From the IMG/VR virus record IMGVR_UViG_3300044940_000144, positions 11,958-75,957 of that record: 64,000 nt of DNA, one strand, 5' to 3'. The position numbers and the translations under genes were made by a program. The notes beneath the pieces were generated by a model. It was not told the origin of the DNA and ran no database searches. It saw only the letters and a list, made by a program, of their open reading frames with translations. Below, piece by piece: positions 9,445-16,961 of this stretch. This DNA is from a virus. Within the stretch, counting starts at the first letter, position 1. Every line of letters begins with the position of its first letter.

Positions 9445-10439
9445 TACTTGGTTCTCCGCGGGCGGGGAAACGGCGGGAACAGGCCGTTGCCCATGATGTA
9501 CTCCGGGCTGAACGGGTGGGCGGAGTGGTATTCGCTGGGGTCGAGCACATCGGTTGCATCTGCCGCAAGCTCGGTAAAGGCGCGTAGCCGTCGCGCGCCC
9601 ATCCTGCGGTCGATCTCCCGCTCGTAAGGGAAGTACGTCTTGAACCGCTCCAGGTAGACCTTGTTTTCTCCCTCGGAGAGCTCCGCAGCGGTCTTTTTCA
9701 CCATCTCAAGCTCGTTCGGCGAGCCTTCGTGTTCGATCAGCTCATCGAAGAGGGCCGTCGAGATCGACAAAAAGACGGCGTGTATCATGGCGTGCTGCCA
9801 GTTGGACTGCATCTTTTCGAAGTCTTCCAATGAGCGCCCGGTGTGCCAGACCCATATCGCGGGGGTCGCAACCTTCATCGACCACCAGATGCCGATGCGC
9901 GAGTGGGCGCCGGGGCAGTGGCCAAGCTCGTCAGGAAACTCTGCGGCGAGATCATCGAGCTTGTCGATCCACTCAGGCGTGGCGTGCAGGCCGTTGGTCT
10001 CGATCTGGAAGATCGGCAGACTGGGGAGGTCGGCATCCAAGACCCGCTCTGCGACCGCGAGCAGGTGCTCCGGGTACAAAAACGGCTCGCCGTTGGAGAT
10101 GCGGACGATCTTGTGCCCGGTGCGACGGACGACTTGGATCAGCTTGTCGGCGGCCTCGTCGGCGTGCATCCACTTCATCGAGTCCTTGCCCGCCAGCCCG
10201 TAGGTTGACCAGCACTGGTTGCAGGCGAACCCGCAGCCGATGACGTCCGCCGACACTGAACCGCCCAGGTCGGGGTACATCTCCGAACGGCTGCGGATGC
10301 GCCGGTACGGCGCCACCAGCGGATCGCGCTTGGTCGATGCGATGACTTCTTCGGTGTCCACAAGATCCGTTGCGTCGACGTGATCGGACACCAGCTCCCG
10401 GATGTGGGCTTCGTTCGGGAGGTGACGATCGTCGGTCAC
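9444..10439 (-). CDS. radical SAM enzyme
   Basis: GCGFACNQCW (CxxxCxxC), RISNGEP, IETNG. Confidence 0.85.
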   Translation of the reverse strand: MTDDRHLPNEAHIRELVSDHVDATDLVDTEEVIASTKRDPLVAPYRRIRSRSEMYPDLGGSVSADVIGCGFACNQCWSTYGLAGKDSMKWMHADEAADKLIQVVRRTGHKIVRISNGEPFLYPEHLLAVAERVLDADLPSLPIFQIETNGLHATPEWIDKLDDLAAEFPDELGHCPGAHSRIGIWWSMKVATPAIWVWHTGRSLEDFEKMQSNWQHAMIHAVFLSISTALFDELIEHEGSPNELEMVKKTAAELSEGENKVYLERFKTYFPYEREIDRRMGARRLRAFTELAADATDVLDPSEYHSAHPFSPEYIMGNGLFPPFPRPRRTK

Positions 10440-10593
10440 TAGTGCCTCGCTAGTTTCGTCATCAAAGGTTGAGCCCAGCAGGGAGGGGGCACCACTCCCC
10501 TCCCCGCCGGGTCATCGCAAGTCACCCGCGGGGGTAAGGGGGGAACCCCCCGGGGTCTGACCTGCGCTTTCTGCCAGATGCTCGCGCATCGCA

Positions 10594-10944
10594 CTAAGCA
10601 TAGCACCTACCCATGCTCAGTTGACGCGCGCCGCCTCCGGCGATCTTGGACATTTGAATCTCGTTCAGCGACGCCACCGGGGCGCCCAGGACGACGTTGA
10701 CCAGGGGACGATACATGCGGCCGGTATCGAGATTGGCGATCACCAGTGGTAGCCAGCGGCGGTGCACCGACGCCGCCCCGTGCTCGACGAGCGTGGTCAG
10801 GCTTATATCGGAGATGACAGCGCACGCGCCGGACGGCGAGGAGAGCACCATCGCCCACATGGGCGGTGGGTCGTCGCTTGGGTTCGGCTTGACCCCGAAG
10901 TGGACGCATAGATCGCGCAGGCGATCACGTCTGCTCATCGTCAT
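10594..10944 (-). CDS. hypothetical protein
   Basis: AAAGGGGGAACC directly before ATG. Confidence 0.7.
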   Translation of the reverse strand: MTMSRRDRLRDLCVHFGVKPNPSDDPPPMWAMVLSSPSGACAVISDISLTTLVEHGAASVHRRWLPLVIANLDTGRMYRPLVNVVLGAPVASLNEIQMSKIAGGGARQLSMGRCYA

Positions 10945-12136
10945 CGGTTCCCCCTTTCCTTTTTGACATCCTCCCCACGGCTAAGGCCCGGGGATTCCCG
11001 CCTCGGCCTGCACCCTTTCCTCGAAAAGGAGAAGGATGTCTTACGGCGTCAGCAGCGGCAGGGTTGAGACCAGCCCTGGCCAGAATCGCTCTGGCAGCGT
11101 TTCTGTCGCGGTCGCTCACCAGCCCGCAGGCATGGCAGACGAACTCGCGCTTTGCCAGTTCCAACCGCTGCTTGGCTCTCGCTCCACAGTTGGAACAGGT
11201 CATAGTCGTGTAGGCGGGCGGCACCAGCACCACCTTCCGGCCCGCCCGCTCGGCGTGTTCGATGAGGATGCGTTTCGCGACCCCGATGGCGGCGTCCTGA
11301 GCCTTGCGGGCCATCCTGGTCTTGGCGAGGAACGACGGCTTGAAGTCCTCGACGGCGAGCGCCCCGTGGTCGCGCACGACGGACACAGCCCACTTGCGGG
11401 CGGTGTCCTGTCGCTGTCGGACGACTTTCTTGGCAACTTTGGCCGCGTCCTGTTTCGCCTTGCGGTAGCCGACGGACCCCGCCTTGCCCCGCTCTGGCTT
11501 ACGGCGAGCCATCCGTCGCTGGTACTTGGCGAGCGCCTTCGCCGCTTTGCGGGCGTACTGCGGATGCGGAAGGTCGTAGGCGGGGTCGGTGGTGGTGGCG
11601 ATTGTCTTGACGCCCCAGTCGATGCCGATGGCGGCATCCGAATCGGCCATCGGTTCGTCGTTCCGACGGACGACGAAACTGGCGTACCAATGGCCGAGAG
11701 AGTCACGGTACACCCGCACACTGGTCGGTTCGGACGGCAGGTCGCGGGACCACACGACAGGGATGCTCAGCCCACCGGCCAGACGCAGACGCCCATCCTT
11801 GAGCGAGAAGCCGCAGCGCGTGTAGTTGAGACTTGGCATGGTCCTGCGGGAGGACTTGAACTTGCGCCGCCCCTTGCCTTCGGCTCGCTTGGCGCGGAAG
11901 TTCCTCAACTCCTGCTGTTGCACGACGCTGCTACCGGCGCGGAGCCATTCGTGCTCGCGCCGCCATGCGGTCAGGTCACTGTCGCGGACCCATGTGCCCG
12001 TGGTCCGGAGCATGGCGACGGACTGGTTCCACAGCCAGCGGGTGCGGTGCCATTCGGAGATGAGCGCTCGCTCCGCCTTCGCACCGGGGCGCAGACGGTA
12101 CTGGTAGCGCAAGACCGTCCCCACGTATTGGATCAT
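10925..12136 (-). CDS. tnpB: RNA-guided endonuclease TnpB
   Basis: YQYRLRP N-terminus; RuvC GIDWG, AVEDF and DRDRNAA; CSNC/CHAC zinc finger. Alternative leaderless GTG start at 12124. The ORF reads through the right end. Confidence 0.92.
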   Translation of the reverse strand: MIQYVGTVLRYQYRLRPGAKAERALISEWHRTRWLWNQSVAMLRTTGTWVRDSDLTAWRREHEWLRAGSSVVQQQELRNFRAKRAEGKGRRKFKSSRRTMPSLNYTRCGFSLKDGRLRLAGGLSIPVVWSRDLPSEPTSVRVYRDSLGHWYASFVVRRNDEPMADSDAAIGIDWGVKTIATTTDPAYDLPHPQYARKAAKALAKYQRRMARRKPERGKAGSVGYRKAKQDAAKVAKKVVRQRQDTARKWAVSVVRDHGALAVEDFKPSFLAKTRMARKAQDAAIGVAKRILIEHAERAGRKVVLVPPAYTTMTCSNCGARAKQRLELAKREFVCHACGLVSDRDRNAARAILARAGLNPAAADAVRHPSPFRGKGAGRGGNPRALAVGRMSKRKGGTDDDEQT

Positions 12137-12204
12137 ACCAGCGACGCGTGTAGCCCCGATTCCTTCCCATGCCTGAAGGCAGGGGCTTCCTCGGGGGTCA
12201 TCTG
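10963..12204 (-). mobile_element. IS200/IS605-family element, tnpB only (IS1341-like)
   Basis: Left-end hairpin GAAGCCCCTGCCTTCAGGCATGGG after TTTAC; right end GAATCCCC..CCTTAGCCGTGGGGAGGATGTCAA; no tnpA. Confidence 0.85.
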
Positions 12205-12214
12205 GTAAAGCAAG

Positions 12215-12296
12215 TGGGGGCCGAGGGAGTCGAACCCTCATGCCTTGCGGCGCCGGATTTTGAGTCCGGTGCGTATGCCAGTTCCGCCAGACCCCC
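12215..12296 (-). tRNA. tRNA-Leu(CAA), CCA not encoded
   Basis: Acceptor GGGGGTC/GGCCCCC, anticodon arm CCGGA-CTCAAAA-TCCGG, long variable arm, GAGGG-TTCGACT-CCCTC. Confidence 0.95.
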
Positions 12297-12304
12297 GGTG
12301 GCCC

Positions 12305-12595
12305 TTACAGGGCCAGTTGGTCGTTCAAGTAGACGCGTAGCTCTGTTAGCCTGCCATCCGAGTAGCCGAGCGCCAGGTCGTAGATCTCGGCGCCCACACC
12401 GGCTTCGTCCACCGTGATCGCCCCGTAGACGTGGCCGTTGTCATCGGCGCGGTAGGCGACCTCGACATCGTCCCAACCCCAGGTCTTGAGATTGGCGACG
12501 ACCTCCCCGTTGGACGCGATGCCGTTGAGAAGCTCGTCGCCCCGGTTGATCCCGATGGTGCGGACCAACTCGATGAGTTTGACGATCACATTCAT
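12305..12595 (-). CDS. hypothetical protein
   Basis: AGGGGGAACC before ATG 12595. Confidence 0.7.
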   Translation of the reverse strand: MNVIVKLIELVRTIGINRGDELLNGIASNGEVVANLKTWGWDDVEVAYRADDNGHVYGAITVDEAGVGAEIYDLALGYSDGRLTELRVYLNDQLAL

Positions 12596-12658
12596 CGCGG
12601 TTCCCCCTGTGGAGGGGGCTTGAGCCTCCATGCCCAAGCCCCCTCCAGCTCAGATGTC

Positions 12659-13201
12659 CTATGCCGTGGATTCTGCCAGTGCCGTGCGCATCGCTTTGAC
12701 GAAGCGACCATCGGAGGCGACGGACCGAGACCACTCTTTCAGAGTGGCGGTGCCATCGTCCTCACGGGACATCATCGCAGTGATCCCACGCACTTCGTCG
12801 CGGCTGGCCATCGTGATGCAGACCGCCTCGTCCTTCCAGGGCGAGTCACCGATGCTGCCGTACTGCTCGACGATGACCTGCCCGATGTCCTGTTCCGGGA
12901 CACCGGGGTATGCCGCTCGCACCTGGTCGTTGATCTGGACGAACCAGGACGACACGACCATGCCAAGGGCGATGGCCTTCGTGCCGTTGGCGAACTGCGG
13001 GATCAAGACGCGGCACAGGATCTCTTTGCCTTCCTGGCTGTTCATGAACTCCTGCGGGATCGGGAAAACGATGATCTTCATGTTCGAAGACACGACGAAC
13101 AGCACCGGGGCGATGTCATCGTCCCAGTCGGTGAACTGGCCGACGTTTTCCTCGACGCCCTTTTGGATGACCTTTTCCAGGTCGTCTAGCACGCTGGCCA
13201 T
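12659..13201 (-). CDS. hypothetical protein
   Basis: 180 aa ORF coupled to the upstream gene. Confidence 0.75.
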   Translation of the reverse strand: MASVLDDLEKVIQKGVEENVGQFTDWDDDIAPVLFVVSSNMKIIVFPIPQEFMNSQEGKEILCRVLIPQFANGTKAIALGMVVSSWFVQINDQVRAAYPGVPEQDIGQVIVEQYGSIGDSPWKDEAVCITMASRDEVRGITAMMSREDDGTATLKEWSRSVASDGRFVKAMRTALAESTA

Positions 13202-13204
13202 GGC

Positions 13205-13495
13205 CTAGAGCCTCTGGAGAAGCGTCTCGCCGTACTCGTCGACCGAGGCGAGGAACCGCTTTTCGCCGCCGACGATCGCAATGACGATCCAGGCCAGCCA
13301 CCAAACTCCGAACGTGATCAGGCCGATCACAAAGTGGAGCAGGTGGTTGACCCTGTGACCCTTCACCAGCACCGCGTCGTAGTCGTTCTGCGACTCGATG
13401 CGGGCTCCTTGGACGACCTGGGTTCTGATGACCCTGGAGAGCGCTTCCTTGCGCTGCCAAGCCGTAGCCTGCGGCCTTGGCGTGTCTGTGCTCAT
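13205..13495 (-). CDS. small membrane protein
   Basis: NHLLHFVIGLITFGVWWLAWI hydrophobic segment; shared start motif. Confidence 0.8.
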   Translation of the reverse strand: MSTDTPRPQATAWQRKEALSRVIRTQVVQGARIESQNDYDAVLVKGHRVNHLLHFVIGLITFGVWWLAWIVIAIVGGEKRFLASVDEYGETLLQRL

Positions 13496-13644
13496 GGGTG
13501 GTTCCCCCTTTATCGGTGTTCTCCAATGGCCTGGCATCCCCCGGCAGAAAGCCGGGTTATCGGTTCACGGTTCAACGGCCCGGCCAACGCCAAGCCTCCC
13601 CGCGCAGTCACGGCGTGCCCCGCCGCCATGCGAGAGCATAGCTA

Positions 13645-13691
13645 GTGCAGTGTAGTCCTAGTCCTCGTTCGCCTCCTCGGGAACGACGATC
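13645..13691. repeat. 47-bp direct repeat, copy 1
   Basis: 46/47 identical to 14664-14710; contains TACACT on the minus strand. Confidence 0.9.
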
Positions 13692-13695
13692 AATC

Positions 13696-13749
13696 GCGTT
13701 TCGTCTCTGCCGTGAGACTCATCAGGCGGGCGGCATCAGCCCGCGACGC
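13696..13749 (-). ncRNA. hammerhead ribozyme type III (canonical)
   Basis: GCGUC^GCGGGC-ugaugcc-GCCCGC CUGAUGA GUCUC-acggca-GAGAC GAAA CGC; loops complementary (UGCC/GGCA); predicted cut 13745/13744. Confidence 0.93.
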
Positions 13750-13776
13750 CGGGGGCACCGAAGTGCCCCCCGCCTT

Positions 13777-14148
13777 TTACCGGATGCCACTGACCACCCA
13801 GTCAAGCATGGCTTGGACCTGATAGTCCGGGACCAGGACCGACGCGGGCGCCGCCGACGGATTGCCGGGATCGTGGATCGTGACCAGAAGGACACGGCCC
13901 GGGTTGTCGCGGATCCACGCAAAGACCTCGGGATACTCCTTCTCCATGCTTTCTGGTGGCTGCACACTATCCGGAGCCGACAAGTCGATCTGAGTGATCT
14001 GAAGGCACTCAGACCCAAGCAGGTCTGAGATGACCGCCACCCGGGAGTCGTCATTGACTCCTTTCGACTCCCACAGCGTGGTGAGAACCAGACCGTTCTG
14101 ACCAGACGATGCGCGCTTTTCGCGCCGAGGACCGATTCGGAATCCCAT
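13777..14148 (-). CDS. hypothetical protein, distant paralog of 14161-14547
   Basis: Shared P....WI/VxxNP.R..L motif. Confidence 0.7.
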   Translation of the reverse strand: MGFRIGPRREKRASSGQNGLVLTTLWESKGVNDDSRVAVISDLLGSECLQITQIDLSAPDSVQPPESMEKEYPEVFAWIRDNPGRVLLVTIHDPGNPSAAPASVLVPDYQVQAMLDWVVSGIR

Positions 14149-14160
14149 GGATCAATCCTT

Positions 14161-14547
14161 TCATCCGGCCATGATCCAGCCGATCAGGTCCCCGAGCTTT
14201 CCGGTGACGGCATCTGCGTCCAGGAACTTGGCGGTGGAGTCCTCCAGGCGCTCGCCCTTGTGGACCCACAGGGCCGCCTCAAGCAGTTGCTTGATGTCCA
14301 GGCAGCAGACAACTTGCGTCCCGTCTCCGGCCTCGACCACCAGCATCGCCGTCCGGTTGGGGTTGGCCTTCACCCAATCGATCAGATCGGGGTGGTCGCT
14401 GATGATCTCCCGCGGAACCTGCTCGTCGTCGTCGATGCGCAGGCTGAACAGCCCCCACGAGAAGTCTCCCGTGACCTCAAGGCCGTGGGCCATGCGATCG
14501 TCGTCCGAGACCTGGGCCAGCAGCAGCGGTTTCGGTTCGTAGCTCAT
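14161..14547 (-). CDS. hypothetical protein
   Basis: AAAGGGGGAACC before ATG. Confidence 0.8.
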   Translation of the reverse strand: MSYEPKPLLLAQVSDDDRMAHGLEVTGDFSWGLFSLRIDDDEQVPREIISDHPDLIDWVKANPNRTAMLVVEAGDGTQVVCCLDIKQLLEAALWVHKGERLEDSTAKFLDADAVTGKLGDLIGWIMAG

Positions 14548-14580
14548 TGGTTCCCCCTTTCATCGGTGCGTGCACGAAAT

Positions 14581-14638
14581 GGCGTTTCGGCCCTCGATTA
14601 GGCCATCATTCAGGCCGGGGAGATACCCCGACGACGCC
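14581..14638 (-). ncRNA. hammerhead ribozyme type III with core insertions
   Basis: GGCGUC^GUCGGGG-uaucu-CCCCGGC CUGAAUGA U GGCC-uaaucgag-GGCC GAAA CGCC; predicted cut 14633/14632. Confidence 0.8.
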
Positions 14639-14663
14639 CCCGGGCGCCGGAGCGCCCGGGTTC

Positions 14664-14710
14664 GTGCAGTGTAGTCCTAGTCCTCGTTCGCCTCGTCGGG
14701 AACGACGATC
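14664..14710. repeat. 47-bp direct repeat, copy 2 (3' end of the AAA gene)
   Basis: Matches 13645-13691. Confidence 0.9.
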
Positions 14711-16218
14711 GAGCCGAACACGGTGTCGAAGCGGTCGCGCACCTGCGCGCCCTGAACCTGCGACTTGACCTGCCGGGTGACCAGCTCGCGCATGGCCAGG
14801 TCGATCGTCGGCAGACGCTCGCCCTCGCCAGCGTTCAGCATCAGCTGAAGCTGGCCGCGCAGGCCGTTGGCCGCGTTGACGAAGTCCTGCGTCGTCAGCA
14901 CGTCCGGGCGCCCGCCCGTCCGGGTGACCGCGTAGCGGACGGCCCGGTCGATCGCCTCCTTGCAGAAGGCGGGCGTGTAGCCTGACATGGCCGAGTAAAT
15001 CGCCTCGAAGTCGAGCTTTGGGGCGAGCATGTCGGCCGGTATGACCGAGCGGATCAGGTCGCAGACCCCGTCCAGGTCGAGCGCGCCGAAGTGGATGGCG
15101 GCGTCCAGACGTCCCGGACGCATCATCCCCTTGTGGATGCGGTCGGCGTGGTTGGTGGTCATGACGATCATCAGCTCGGTGCCCTTCGCGGTGATCCCGT
15201 CGAAGATGTCGAGCAGGCGGGTGACGTTGTCGGACTCCCCGTTCTGGGCGATCGTATCGACGTCCTCGAAGAACACGACGGCGGGCTGGTAGAGCCGGGC
15301 CGTCGACACCACCGTGTCCAGGTCGTCCTTGCCCGGACGGCAGTAGATAAAGGTCCAGCCCTCCTCGACCGCAACTTGCGCGGTCAGGAAGGCCGCTAGC
15401 GTCTTGCCGGTGCCGAAGTCGCCCTCCAGCAGGACGGCGCGCTTCAGCGGGACCTTCAGCTCGCGCAAGATGTCCGCGTGGCGCAGCGGGGTCCACACGT
15501 TGGCGGCCAGCTGCTCACGGACGTCTTGCGAGTAGATGACCCGGTCGGGGTCGACCCCGGTGAGGTCGATGAACTCCGGCTCGGTCTGCCCGTCGATGGC
15601 CGCGCCCTTGTAGATCGAGTTGGAGGCCAGCTCCTGCTCGACCAACTTGAACAGGCCCTCGACGTGGCCGCGGAACTTGCGCGGCGCGTCGATCACCAGC
15701 CGGAACAAGGGGCCGTAGACGTAGTCGTACTTCTCGGTCGTGTGCATCACGCCCTCGAAGATCGGCACCTTGATCTTGCCCCACGGAACCTGCTCGGTGG
15801 CGTCCACGCCGACCGAGATGGTCCGCAGCTCCGGCGGGTACTGCCCGAAGAACGAGGACTGCGCCTTCTGGTGCCCGGTCGTGCCGAAGACCCGCTTGAG
15901 GGCCTTCGACAGCGCTCGCGCGCCGTCCAGCGGCCGGTATCGGAAGATCCGGCTGAACCGGGTCTCCTCCTCCTGCTGCTCGATGTGCGACTCCAGGAAG
16001 TTGATGACCCCGCGAAGGTCGCCCCGCATCGTCTCGGGGAAGATGTACTTCTGCCCCTCGAAGTGCAGGTTGTCCTCGGTCACCAGCTGTCCGCCGAGCT
16101 TAGCAAGCGTGTCCAGCAGGTCACGCTCGATGCGCTTGGTGGACGTCGGCGTCCTGACGGTTTTCTTCGAGGACGCCGAGACGTCCTCCTCCGCGGTGGT
16201 GATCGTGTCGTCAGACAT
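14677..16218 (-). CDS. AAA+ ATPase
   Basis: GDFGTGKT, FFEDVD, TTN and RPGRLD. Confidence 0.9.
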   Translation of the reverse strand: MSDDTITTAEEDVSASSKKTVRTPTSTKRIERDLLDTLAKLGGQLVTEDNLHFEGQKYIFPETMRGDLRGVINFLESHIEQQEEETRFSRIFRYRPLDGARALSKALKRVFGTTGHQKAQSSFFGQYPPELRTISVGVDATEQVPWGKIKVPIFEGVMHTTEKYDYVYGPLFRLVIDAPRKFRGHVEGLFKLVEQELASNSIYKGAAIDGQTEPEFIDLTGVDPDRVIYSQDVREQLAANVWTPLRHADILRELKVPLKRAVLLEGDFGTGKTLAAFLTAQVAVEEGWTFIYCRPGKDDLDTVVSTARLYQPAVVFFEDVDTIAQNGESDNVTRLLDIFDGITAKGTELMIVMTTNHADRIHKGMMRPGRLDAAIHFGALDLDGVCDLIRSVIPADMLAPKLDFEAIYSAMSGYTPAFCKEAIDRAVRYAVTRTGGRPDVLTTQDFVNAANGLRGQLQLMLNAGEGERLPTIDLAMRELVTRQVKSQVQGAQVRDRFDTVFGSIVVPDEANED

Positions 16219-16255
16219 AGATTGTTCCCCCCTTTAGGGTGTCGTGTTTGCCCAG

Positions 16256-16342
16256 CCTGATGGCTGGTGAGAACCCCTGCCTTTCGCAGGAGCTCTCATC
16301 AACCACCGTCAGGGCATGGGGGTGGCTCAAGACCACCCCCAT
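16256..16342 (-). promoter_or_regulatory. two intergenic stem-loops (possible RNase III-type processing site)
   Basis: Long imperfect hairpin at 16256-16313 and a GC hairpin at 16316-16342. Confidence 0.55.
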
Positions 16343-16357
16343 ACACCCGATACAGCC

Positions 16358-16822
16358 CTAGCTGCTAAGCAGCGCTAGGGCGGCATCGACCAGCGCGATA
16401 GCCTGGTTCTCGCCGGTCAGGACATCGTCGTTGTACGCTTCCACCAGACCGCGGCCATCGCCATCGGCACGGACGAAGCCGGTGTCGATGATGGCTTGGC
16501 ACAGAGCGCGCTCGGCCTCCTTCACCGGGTCTGGCGTGGAGTCGTCGTCCATGTACGTCGCATTCGACGTATCGACTCCGGTCACCAGGCCGAGCATGCC
16601 CTCAAGGCATGCTGCGCAAAAGACATCGCCCGAGTCGGGCGTGACCTCCATCGGGTTGCGGACCGCGAACTCATGGTCCTCCCCCTCGAAGGAGCGCACG
16701 ATCAGGTAATCGTTCCTGGTCCAGGCGATCTGACTGGATTCGTACAGCTCACGAATGCGCTGGAGAATCTCCGGCGCAGATGCGTGTCGCACGCACCCGA
16801 CGATGTCGGTCGTGACGGTCAT
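16358..16822 (-). CDS. hypothetical protein
   Basis: Shared start motif; 154 aa. Confidence 0.8.
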   Translation of the reverse strand: MTVTTDIVGCVRHASAPEILQRIRELYESSQIAWTRNDYLIVRSFEGEDHEFAVRNPMEVTPDSGDVFCAACLEGMLGLVTGVDTSNATYMDDDSTPDPVKEAERALCQAIIDTGFVRADGDGRGLVEAYNDDVLTGENQAIALVDAALALLSS

Positions 16823-16893
16823 ATGTGGTTCCCCCTTGTGTGGGTTTTCGATGTCCAGCCCTTCGTTATGGGCTGGGCGGCCTAAGCCACTTT

Positions 16894-16961
16894 GGGCTAC
16901 CGCTTCCCGGACGTCGGTGACGTCCGGGATTCATGCCTGCCCAGGGCAATCGTCAGGCGGC
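16894..16961 (-). ncRNA. hammerhead-like type I element with a variant core
   Basis: GCCGC CUGACGA U UGCC-cugggca-GGCA U GAAU CCCGGACGUC..GACGUCCGGG AA GCGGU AGCCC; same scaffold as the three type I copies, with compensatory changes. Confidence 0.7.

Noticed and set aside
10943-10962. TnpB targeting all early start motifs in its own genome
   Set aside because: The other copies I inspected lack a TTTAY TAM and the AAAGGAAAG seed; the overlap follows from the insertion site.
12215-12296. tRNA as a prophage attachment site
   Set aside because: No integrase and no duplicated tRNA 3' end were seen, and phage genes continue on both sides.
13590-13616. GUGACUG..CGGGGAG resembling a ZTP riboswitch
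   Set aside because: It lacks P2 and the 3' CGCCUGGG pseudoknot partner, and the gene context does not fit.
16256-16313. UUGAUGAG...CGAAA read as a twelfth hammerhead
   Set aside because: Stems I and III do not form in that register; the sequence folds better as one long hairpin.
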